This document shows positions 56,425-64,000 of a stretch of 64,000 bases of DNA, one piece after another. The stretch is taken from assembly GCA_965661285.1 (NCBI GenBank), contig CBFIDD010000002.1, positions 192,001 through 256,000 on the forward strand, given 5' to 3'. Below the pieces are notes generated by a model. It did not search any database. It was not told the DNA's origin and saw only the letters and a program-made list of their open reading frames with translations. This DNA comes from Poseidonia sp. Lineage in GTDB: Archaea; Thermoplasmatota; Poseidoniia; Poseidoniales; Poseidoniaceae. Numbering within the stretch: the first letter of the stretch is position 1; every line of letters begins with the position of its first letter. A program made the position numbers and the translations under genes.

Positions 56425-56592
56425 TCAGGGACCAACAAATCCACAGTTGGCGCACTTGTACAAGACACCTTGGTTTCGCACACGGGGGCTTCGACCAATG
56501 GGCTGGAAGCATCCAGGGCAGGGGAAGGAGGTTGAACCTTCTTCTGCAAGTGGGATGCCTGACGACGTACAGACTTGTGCTCGTTCACTCAT
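56425..56592 (-). CDS. Zn-ribbon protein (HVO_2753/DUF1610 family), missing from the ORF track
   Basis: MSERAQVCTSSGIPLAEEGSTSFPCPGCFQPIGRSPRVRNQGVLYKCANCGFVGP; the usual position upstream of aEF-1beta. Confidence 0.88.
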   Translation of the reverse strand: MSERAQVCTSSGIPLAEEGSTSFPCPGCFQPIGRSPRVRNQGVLYKCANCGFVGP

Positions 56593-56662
56593 GGGAATGG
56601 CTCCTAACGAATTCGCCCACGGTCTCCCCCTCTTTATGGTTGCGTGAGAAGCAGGAGGGTTC

Positions 56663-57001
56663 CTACGGCTGAAAACGCTGGACGATGCTCAATTTTCCGT
56701 GCTTTCCCGTGCTGACGACAAGCGCGCCATCTCTAGAGCGGCACCAGCCCGATTCAATACGAATGATGTCGCCAACGTTGACCGAATTCACCTGTTCACC
56801 CCAGAACACCAGGCCGACCAGTCCGGTATCGTCTCGTCCACAAGCAGCAGCCACCGGCCCGGTGTAGTGTGCGGAGGCAATCATCCGGCGGGGATACATG
56901 CGGAGGACGACGAGCTCGAGTCGCTTGACGGGGCTGTTCGGGCGGAGGTTTTCGATGCGGTTGGCGGGCGTTGGCCATGTCAGACCGGGATGGTTGTTCA
57001 T
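56663..57001 (-). CDS. Single OB-fold ssDNA-binding (SSB/RPA-like) protein
   Basis: Pattern DDTG...LVFWGEQ..VNVGDIIRIE.G......L..GKHG. Confidence 0.8.
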   Translation of the reverse strand: MNNHPGLTWPTPANRIENLRPNSPVKRLELVVLRMYPRRMIASAHYTGPVAAACGRDDTGLVGLVFWGEQVNSVNVGDIIRIESGWCRSRDGALVVSTGKHGKLSIVQRFQP

Positions 57002-57018
57002 GGCCTCCGAACATCTGC

Positions 57019-57774
57019 TCAATGTTCTTCAAGCCCACCGTTGGTTTTCTTGCGTCGAACACGAAAACTTGACGCCACCGGTTCGGGGTCGTCTTCAATT
57101 TCGTCCCCGCCCACGAGTTTGTTCACGGCGGTCTCATACCGTTCTCGAACCGACGCTTTCGGAGCCTTCCACGGCGTGTGGTGTTTGCACACGAGGTACA
57201 CCTCCGAGGACGAATTTCGCGAGGCGTCGGGAGAATAGCGGCGCACGCTTGAGAAGTGCGGGCGAACCGCAGCAATCAGTTCTTCAACGCCGATGCCCTG
57301 AAACAATTTCGTGGTGAAGCCGCCGCCTTTTTTGAGCAACGGGAGCGCAAAGTCAAACACGTCAGCGACCAATGTCATGGCCACGGACTGGTCCATGTCC
57401 CATTTGCCCGTGATGTGGGGGGAGATGTCCGAGACAATGACGTTGAGCGGCTCGCCTCCGAGTTCTTCCAAGATGCGTTCCTGCGTGAGCGGCTCGGTGA
57501 TGTCCCCGGTGAGCAGGATGGCCCCTTCCACGGGTGCGCAGGGTTGGAGGTCCACACCCACGACTTTTCCTTCATCCCCAACGAGTTCCACAGCGACTTG
57601 CGCCCATCCCCCAGGGTGGCAACCGACATCGAGGACAAAATCCCCGGGCCGCACCAAATTGAATCGTTCCTGAATCTGCTTGAGTTTGAACGCCGACCGG
57701 GCACGATAGCCGCTGGCTTTGGCTTGTTTTCGCCATGAATCACGTTTGTGATTCTCCACCCAGTGGTCTGCCAT
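57019..57774 (-). CDS. rlmE: 23S rRNA Um2552 methyltransferase RlmE/FtsJ
   Basis: Motifs YRARSAFKL, LDVGCHPGGW, SDISP, KLFQG and ASR.SSSEVY. Confidence 0.93.
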   Translation of the reverse strand: MADHWVENHKRDSWRKQAKASGYRARSAFKLKQIQERFNLVRPGDFVLDVGCHPGGWAQVAVELVGDEGKVVGVDLQPCAPVEGAILLTGDITEPLTQERILEELGGEPLNVIVSDISPHITGKWDMDQSVAMTLVADVFDFALPLLKKGGGFTTKLFQGIGVEELIAAVRPHFSSVRRYSPDASRNSSSEVYLVCKHHTPWKAPKASVRERYETAVNKLVGGDEIEDDPEPVASSFRVRRKKTNGGLEEH

Positions 57775-57894
57775 CAAGTCTTCCTCAGTCTGCTGGGCCG
57801 TCCTCGTCTTCATCAATCCTTTTCTCAAAACGAGGACAAAGCAAGCAATCAAGACGTGAGGCGAGGTGGGCAAGACATCCCCGGAGGACGACAC

Positions 57895-58827
57895 ATGAAG
57901 GCGAACCCGGGTGCAATACTCAGTGTCATCATGACCCTGATGGTGGCCACCCTGTCCGTGCAAGCCACCGTGGTCAACCTCTCCACCTCCTTTGAGCAAC
58001 CCGTTTCCACCAGCGGCGGCGGTCGGACCTTGCTGGTTGAAGAGATCACGGCGACGTGGTGCCCGAGCTGTGCGGAGATCGACCCCGAACTTCTCCAAGT
58101 GGCCGATAGCCACGGTTCCAGAATCGCCCTGCTCGCCTTGCATCCAACCGATGGTGAAGACGCCTTCCAGCCTGAAGCGAGTCAACATCGCCTCGACCGC
58201 CTTGCCCTGTCAAATCCGGAGGTGGGGCAGTCCACCCCCACGTTTGTGGTCGAATCCGGTGAACCTCGACGAGGTTATGATGCGTGGGGGGAGGTTCAAC
58301 GAGACATCCTCAATGCAGAAGTCGCTCGTCAAGAGGTGAGTCAACTTGACCTCTCGGTGGTCAACACCGACCGGGGACTTGAGGCAAGCATCATTCACGC
58401 CGACCTGCTCAAAACCAACGGCACCCAACTGACATTTATCATCATGGAACACAAAAAGAGCATGCCAGAGGGTGTTGTCAACCCCGGTGGCGACCACCGG
58501 GACCGTGTGGTGGTGGGTTTGGCAGAGTGTTCCCTTGACAATCACAGCATCACGGCCTCCTTTGGCTTGCTCGATGCATCGGTGGGCGAGGCCTGCGACC
58601 GTTCGTTTTCCATTGAATTTGAATCGCTCGGCTCGTGGAGTGTGCTGCTGGTGCACGAGCCCACGTCCGAGCAATTGGGGGCCGGCGGCGATGCACAATC
58701 GCTCGGCGCCGTTGAGTTGGCGTATCGGGACAGGGCCATCGTCGAGGCTAACTCGAATAACCTCGGAAGATTGCTCCTGGTCGGTTGCTTTGTGCTGGCT
58801 GCTGCTTCAATTGTTCGGAAAAAGTAA
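57895..58827 (+). CDS. Exported thioredoxin-fold (Omp28-like) protein with a C-terminal TM
   Basis: Signal peptide, LVEEITATWCPSC, cis-Pro TPT, and a TM followed by RKK. Confidence 0.78.
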   Translation: MKANPGAILSVIMTLMVATLSVQATVVNLSTSFEQPVSTSGGGRTLLVEEITATWCPSCAEIDPELLQVADSHGSRIALLALHPTDGEDAFQPEASQHRLDRLALSNPEVGQSTPTFVVESGEPRRGYDAWGEVQRDILNAEVARQEVSQLDLSVVNTDRGLEASIIHADLLKTNGTQLTFIIMEHKKSMPEGVVNPGGDHRDRVVVGLAECSLDNHSITASFGLLDASVGEACDRSFSIEFESLGSWSVLLVHEPTSEQLGAGGDAQSLGAVELAYRDRAIVEANSNNLGRLLLVGCFVLAAASIVRKK

Positions 58828-58944
58828 TTTTTTCTACAATTAATATCGTGAAGTTCCACGAAAGTGGAAGAAATATTCCGAAATCCGGAACCGAACCTCA
58901 CCGGAAGCAGAAGGTTTGATAAACGGCAAGGCCAATGTAACACC

Positions 58945-59214
58945 ATGACAAACACATGGGAAGACATCGCTTGGGAGACCGAGACACCACGCAAAGAATG
59001 GGTGGTTGAGTACTACGCCAAAGTCGGTGGAGAGACCGCGCACCACCTGTCCGTCCTCCACGGCGAAGACATGGAAGCCGTTCAGCGAATGCTGATGCAT
59101 GAACTTCGTTCGACCTACACGGAAGCATCTGAAATCGAGGTCACCATCTTGAGAATGGAAGAGATTGAAACCGAGCCAAAAGCTGCGATGTTCAACGGTG
59201 CCTTCTCGCCCTGA
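58945..59214 (+). CDS. Small acidic hypothetical protein
   Basis: 89-aa ORF downstream of an AT-rich promoter-like gap. Confidence 0.65.
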   Translation: MTNTWEDIAWETETPRKEWVVEYYAKVGGETAHHLSVLHGEDMEAVQRMLMHELRSTYTEASEIEVTILRMEEIETEPKAAMFNGAFSP

Positions 59215-59766
59215 TCAAGCCTTTTCACGGTAGACCAGTTCGATGTATTGCTTGTCCTCAAGGATGAGGTTCTCAAAGTCGTACACTTGCTCTCTGGTGC
59301 TGGGGTCAACCACGATGTTGTTATTATCGTCGTAGTCGTAGGTGTTGAGGAACATCAGGAATTCGTGGTTGTCGTCCACCCTGTGGTCGTCAAAGCCGGT
59401 TTCGTCCATGTGCTTGCCCCAAATGTCGAAGAAGGCCTCAAGCGGGGCTTCAATTCCCGATTCCTTGAATTCAACGTGAATCTTCCCCGAGGGGTCGTGC
59501 GTGTGAAGGGGGCGCATGGTGCACCCTGGGTCGTTCAAACCGACGTTACCGGGAATTTCAACCTCTTCACCCAGCACGGAAATGTAGACCATGGGGTGGT
59601 AGTGTTCAGCAAGGCCTGAGTGGCCGCCAACACACTCGTCGGCGAGCGCATGACGCTCGTCTGCAGTGGAGAAGGGAGGCTCACCATCGCTTTGTCCCAG
59701 CAAAAAACCGAGCGCTGCGAGGGCGCCCACCGTTACCACCAACCAAAACAACGATTCCTTGTTCAT
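59215..59766 (-). CDS. Membrane-anchored His-motif protein
   Basis: N-terminal TM; motifs HYHP, IPGNVG and PLHTHDPSGKIHVE. ATGA-coupled to VKOR. Confidence 0.75.
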   Translation of the reverse strand: MNKESLFWLVVTVGALAALGFLLGQSDGEPPFSTADERHALADECVGGHSGLAEHYHPMVYISVLGEEVEIPGNVGLNDPGCTMRPLHTHDPSGKIHVEFKESGIEAPLEAFFDIWGKHMDETGFDDHRVDDNHEFLMFLNTYDYDDNNNIVVDPSTREQVYDFENLILEDKQYIELVYREKA

Positions 59767-60386
59767 GCAGAAGCCTCCTTCTCCCCGTCGGGTGATTCAT
59801 CACTCCAAGTCCCATCGTCGTGCATTTTCCCGGCTCGCCAAAACCCGAAGAGGCACACCACGTTCGCGACGTGGGCCATGGTGCAGAACTGGCAAATCTT
59901 CTCCATCGCCACTTCGTATGAAATCAAGAGGGCGATGATGGGCAGACCAATAGCCGTCATGTATTTCCCGTACTTGAGATAGGTTTCAGCCCAGAGTGCA
60001 TCGGGTTCTTTGGAAACGGAGTTGGACACGAACATCAATGCCCCAAAGGCCACCATGCCAATCATGCCCCATGGTAATCCGAAAACAGGATCCGTGTTGT
60101 ATTGGGCATTGCCGAGCACATCATCACACGAAAACACGGTGGCGCTCGAACAGACATTGCCACCTTCACTGATTTTGTTCGATATCCAAAGCGTGTGAAC
60201 CGAGACGATAAATCCAGCCAGCACGACGAGGTTCATGCCCAGCATGTGCCGGCGGCGAGCATGTGCAAGCAGAGGGTTCCTCCCGGAGAGGGAGTTCCCC
60301 AATCCGTCACCGGCTTTGGTCATCAACACCAAGCCGAAGACGATTGGAACGATGTAGGCGATGAGCAGAAGGTTCTGGTCAACCAT
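59763..60386 (-). CDS. Vitamin K epoxide reductase (VKOR) family protein
   Basis: Motifs C......SCDDVL...Y, FGLPW..IG and CQFC...H. Confidence 0.88.
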   Translation of the reverse strand: MVDQNLLLIAYIVPIVFGLVLMTKAGDGLGNSLSGRNPLLAHARRRHMLGMNLVVLAGFIVSVHTLWISNKISEGGNVCSSATVFSCDDVLGNAQYNTDPVFGLPWGMIGMVAFGALMFVSNSVSKEPDALWAETYLKYGKYMTAIGLPIIALLISYEVAMEKICQFCTMAHVANVVCLFGFWRAGKMHDDGTWSDESPDGEKEASA

Positions 60387-60388
60387 CT

Positions 60389-61078
60389 TCAGGCCTCCAA
60401 GGTCAGTCGGAAAATGGCATCTCGCACCGTCTCGCTTGGATTCTCAGAGGAAACCCAAGCAACAATACCGCCGGGCTGAATGAGGAAATACGCCGGCGTG
60501 CCGGGGACCTTCCACTCTTGCATGTTGTCCTGATTAAGGTCGTCGATGTAAACGAAGTTGTGAGCAGGGCCGATTCGACCTTGGTTATCGCACGAACTCC
60601 CTGCACATTCTTCGCCAGCAGTCCGATCTCGGAAGGCCTCGATCTCATCTCGACTCGATTCGTGCCCTGGAATATCCAGTTGTGTTGCACTTGCGATGAA
60701 ATTGACAACAGGGCCTTGCCATGAATTCTCATTTTGCGCTCCGAGTTTCATGAAATAATTCGCGTTCTGTCCCATTTCCTCTGCAGAATCCACACAGAAC
60801 GGGCAATCGGTGTCCATGAACTCGACCAAGAGCCATTGGCCATCGTCGCCGGCGGTCCAGTTGGCGGTCAGGTAGTCACTCATGTCAAATTCGTACCAGC
60901 CGCTCCCGTTGTAGGCGAGACCTTCCAACGGAGGCGCACGGTCGCCCTCTTTCGTTCCAGTCTTGATGGGGTCGGTGGTCACGGCGAGGAAGATGATGGC
61001 AACAAAGAACAGGGCCATCACCTTGATTCCGGTATCGGTGCGTACGTCAGCTTCGGTGTCTGTTTTCATCACGTTCAC
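60389..61078 (-). CDS. Membrane-anchored redoxin (TlpA/ResA-like)
   Basis: Motifs GDRAP, EFMDTDCPFC and GTPAYFLI.PGG. Confidence 0.82.
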   Translation of the reverse strand: MNVMKTDTEADVRTDTGIKVMALFFVAIIFLAVTTDPIKTGTKEGDRAPPLEGLAYNGSGWYEFDMSDYLTANWTAGDDGQWLLVEFMDTDCPFCVDSAEEMGQNANYFMKLGAQNENSWQGPVVNFIASATQLDIPGHESSRDEIEAFRDRTAGEECAGSSCDNQGRIGPAHNFVYIDDLNQDNMQEWKVPGTPAYFLIQPGGIVAWVSSENPSETVRDAIFRLTLEA

Positions 61079-62025
61079 TCCAGTCCAATTTCCTCAAGCA
61101 GGCACTCAGCCGTGTAGCGAATAGCCTCCTCGCTGTTCATCTTCACATCAAACCCTGTCTTGAGCATTTTCTCAATACCGAGACGCGCCCGAGGAATGTC
61201 GCCCGCCCAACCGCGGTCGCCACCGGTGTATTCGATACTGGCGCCGTGGCACCCAGTGACATCGACGACGATCTCCGCAATTCGGCGAACAGAAGCGGTG
61301 TCATGGCTTCCAAGGTTGTACAAATTCAACCGCTCGTCCGCTTGACTCATGACGTGAAGGATGGCGTCGGCACAATCACCGACTTCCATGTAGGACTTTT
61401 CTTGCAAGCCATTGCCCAAAACTTCCAAGCGCGTGGGGTCGTTCTTGAGTTTGTGAATGAAATCAAAGATGACCCCGTGGGTGCCACGAGCTCCGATGAT
61501 GTTGGCAAAACGGAAAATCCAGGCTTGGAGTCCGAAGGTACCGACCCAACTGCTGATGAGCCCTTCGCCGGCTTGTTTGCTGGCGCCGTACAGAGAAATG
61601 GGCATGCAGGGGCCGTGGTCTTCGGGGGTCGGCATCGGAGCGTTCTCACCGTACACAACGGAACTGGAGGCAAAGGCGATCTTCTCGACCCCGTTCAAGC
61701 GCATCGCTTCGAGGATGTTGTATGTAGCGACCGTGCCCTGCTTGAGGTCGGTGTCGGTGATGCGCGTGCCCAGACGAATGTCAGGGTTCGCAGCGAGATG
61801 AAACACGCAGTCGATGTCCAGAGCCATGGCCTTGTCAACATCGTCGGGGTTGCAGATATCGCCTTCCACGAGCGTCACGTCGCCAGCATTGATGTGCTGC
61901 TGGATAAACGAGACATGACCACTCGAGAGGTTATCGATGACAACGACACTGTCGCCTCGACCGACGAGTCGGTCAATCAGGTGCGACCCAATAAAGCCCG
62001 CACCACCGGTCACCAAGGCTCGCAT
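61075..62025 (-). CDS. NAD-dependent epimerase/dehydratase (UDP-glucose 4-epimerase-like)
   Basis: Motifs TGGAGFIGSH, HLAANPD, SSSVVYG, YGASK and GWAGD. Confidence 0.92.
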   Translation of the reverse strand: MRALVTGGAGFIGSHLIDRLVGRGDSVVVIDNLSSGHVSFIQQHINAGDVTLVEGDICNPDDVDKAMALDIDCVFHLAANPDIRLGTRITDTDLKQGTVATYNILEAMRLNGVEKIAFASSSVVYGENAPMPTPEDHGPCMPISLYGASKQAGEGLISSWVGTFGLQAWIFRFANIIGARGTHGVIFDFIHKLKNDPTRLEVLGNGLQEKSYMEVGDCADAILHVMSQADERLNLYNLGSHDTASVRRIAEIVVDVTGCHGASIEYTGGDRGWAGDIPRARLGIEKMLKTGFDVKMNSEEAIRYTAECLLEEIGLE

Positions 62026-62150
62026 GGCATCCCGAGCAAAACCGCTCGTATAAGGAGCATGGTTCTCCCACGGCAACCAAGCGAGGGCTTCAAGACGGTT
62101 GATGTGAATCGTTCTGTTCCTGAGGAATCAGCCTCAGGGGAGGTGAAAAC

Positions 62151-62399
62151 ATGAAGAAATCTGAAACCAAAACGACCACGGAAACGGTGGACAACAACAT
62201 CTTGGTGGGCTATGTTCGCCGAAGCAATGCCGGTGGGGCACTCAAACTCTCCATCAACACGGCGGCCTTCGCAGACTGCAGCACCTACATGACCAGCGAC
62301 GGGCAGGCCTATGTCCCGTTGGTGATCTCAATGGGGGCCCTGCAAAAGGTGCTGTCCGGCGAGCGTGCAGTGACCACCGTCACGCAACTCCACGACTGA
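62151..62399 (+). CDS. Small hypothetical protein
   Basis: 82 aa with a perfect GGAGGTGA SD. Confidence 0.8.
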   Translation: MKKSETKTTTETVDNNILVGYVRRSNAGGALKLSINTAAFADCSTYMTSDGQAYVPLVISMGALQKVLSGERAVTTVTQLHD

Positions 62400-62541
62400 A
62401 GCCTCCATGGCGAATCGTGCAGTTCCTTCTCTCAGAGAAGTACAACGTCGTGCGGCTGGCCACGGTCATTCGCTCGGCCTTTCTATCACTTCATCGTATA
62501 TTTTTAAACAGGCATATATAGAACCTCGCCGACGGAGGGGT

Positions 62542-63486
62542 ATGCCTGAAGGTGAGATGCCCCGCAGTGGGGCGAAACATCACATCGTCGCAGGCATGCC
62601 GATGTACAACGAGGAAGAGACCATCGGCTCGGTCGTGACCCGAGCGCTCCGGCACGTGGATGAAGTCATCTGCATCGATGACGGTTCCTCAGACGCATCC
62701 GCCCGTATTGCCGAAGCATGCGGTGCAACCGTGATTCGGCATCGCGTCAACCGCGGCTACGGCGGCGCACTCAAGACCCTGTTTCTCCGTGCTGCCGAGA
62801 TGGACGCCGATGCGCTGGTTCTCCTGGACTCGGACGGTCAACATGAAACGAGCGATATTCCCAAACTCCTGGCTCCAATCCTCGCCGGCGAAGCCGATTT
62901 CGCCATCGGCTCCCGCTTTGTCGATGGCGGCGGCGGCACCGACATGCCTGCCTATCGCCGTTTGGGCATCAAAGTCATCACTGCGGCTTCAAACCTCTCA
63001 AGTGACCTCGGCATTCGAGACACGCAATCCGGATTCCGTGCCTTTTCGCGTACCGCACTCGAGCGACTTCGTTTTGATTCGGAGGGCATGGAGCTTTCCC
63101 TCGAAATGCTCGAGGACGCTCACGAAAAGCAACTCAGCGTGCTCGAAGTTCCCACTGTGATTCGCTACGATGTCCCCAAGGGCTCCAACTTCACCGCTGT
63201 CTCCCACGGGTTCACCGTGATGACATGGGCCGTGTTGTCCCTCTCCCAAAAGAAACCACTCCTCGTCCTCGGCGTTCCCGGTCTCGGTCTTCTCGCCACG
63301 GGAGCGGCCATGGGGATGCGAACAGCGCAGGACCTCACGCTGCAAATCGACAGCATCATCGGTTCGGGAATCTCGGCGGTATGGATTGGCTTGCTCGGCC
63401 TTTCGCTGATGGCTACTGGACTTGTGCTTCAAAGCGCACAACGCTTTTTGCGCCTGCTGCTCGTTCGGGAATTTGGCCTGGATTGA
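62542..63486 (+). CDS. GT2 glycosyltransferase (polyprenol-phosphate glycosyltransferase-like)
   Basis: Motifs PMYNEE, DDGSSD, NRGYG, DSDGQH, GSRF and DTQSGFRA; two C-terminal TM helices. Confidence 0.9.
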   Translation: MPEGEMPRSGAKHHIVAGMPMYNEEETIGSVVTRALRHVDEVICIDDGSSDASARIAEACGATVIRHRVNRGYGGALKTLFLRAAEMDADALVLLDSDGQHETSDIPKLLAPILAGEADFAIGSRFVDGGGGTDMPAYRRLGIKVITAASNLSSDLGIRDTQSGFRAFSRTALERLRFDSEGMELSLEMLEDAHEKQLSVLEVPTVIRYDVPKGSNFTAVSHGFTVMTWAVLSLSQKKPLLVLGVPGLGLLATGAAMGMRTAQDLTLQIDSIIGSGISAVWIGLLGLSLMATGLVLQSAQRFLRLLLVREFGLD

Positions 63487-63771
63487 TCATCCCATCAGTC
63501 TCGCCGCAAGCGCGAGGACATAGGGAACGGCAAACAAGCCGAAGAACACAAACATGGCGATGCGAACCGTCTTCTGGTTCTTTTCGTCTTTCTCGTTCTG
63601 CTCGATGCAGGCCTGCTGCTTGCACACACGAAGCTCAACTTTGACCGAGATGGGTTCATGGCAAATTCGGCAGTGCTTGTGCGGAGGAACTTTTCCCCCG
63701 CCGGCAATGTTGCCGACGAATTGACTTGACTTCTTGGCGACCATGTCTTTCACTTTCTTTGCATCCACCAT
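63487..63771 (-). CDS. DUF2116 family Zn-ribbon membrane protein
   Basis: PPHKHCRICHEPI...C...C followed by a TM helix. Confidence 0.8.
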   Translation of the reverse strand: MVDAKKVKDMVAKKSSQFVGNIAGGGKVPPHKHCRICHEPISVKVELRVCKQQACIEQNEKDEKNQKTVRIAMFVFFGLFAVPYVLALAARLMG

Positions 63772-63780
63772 GCCAACACC

Positions 63781-64000
63781 TCATGCTTTGATGATCGTAC
63801 CTTCGAAGAGCTTGCCCTCGAGGGCGTCGTCGAGTGTTCGAATATTTCTTCCGTCGAGCACCGCCAAGTCCAATCCTGCTTCGATGGCCACACCAACGGC
63901 CACGGGGTCAACAACGGTCGATGCTCCTGGCTCAAGCGGTGTACCTACGCCAACAATCTCGCCAAGTTGCTCGAGCGTCATGTCGGTCAAGGCCTCGGCG
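63781..64000 (-). CDS. pyrH: UMP kinase, 3' part (runs off the window end)
   Basis: C-terminus PGASTVVDPVA...VLDGRN..L..ALEG..F.GTII, typical of archaeal PyrH. Confidence 0.8.
   Translation of the reverse strand, partial: AEALTDMTLEQLGEIVGVGTPLEPGASTVVDPVAVGVAIEAGLDLAVLDGRNIRTLDDALEGKLFEGTIIKA

Overview
Fragment of an archaeal chromosome, most likely Marine Group II Euryarchaeota (Ca. Poseidoniales, Thermoplasmatota). The lineage call is an inference from archaeal informational genes (aIF5A, RpoL, aEF-1B, Cbf5, TrmY, GPN GTPase, DGGGP synthase, archaeosortase) mixed with bacterial-type RibA and OPT/MMPL transporters and with large CARDB/Kelch surface proteins. The backbone is GC-rich housekeeping DNA with three tRNA genes (Gln-TTG, His-GTG, Glu-CTC). 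The most striking feature is an AT-rich array downstream of tRNA-Glu (about 36.7-40.3 kb). The last 14 nt of the tRNA (TCCCGGTACGAGCA) recur four more times and divide the DNA into small cassettes: a gene-less 56-bp unit present twice, an SDR cassette, and two paralogous membrane-protein cassettes. The two ends of each intact cassette are cassette-specific imperfect inverted repeats that would form a stem around the core once the cassette is circularised. No integrase gene is in the window. This looks like an integron-like, tRNA-anchored cassette array. Other notable items are a cytoplasmic Pro-rich protein resembling a mu-homology domain (plus EF-hand and Zn-ribbon), an unannotated 21-aa ORF behind a cUUCGg three-way-junction RNA, a VKOR/redoxin cluster, and a rhodanese/haem-membrane-protein/hemerythrin cluster. 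All product calls come from motif recognition by eye; no database searches were run.
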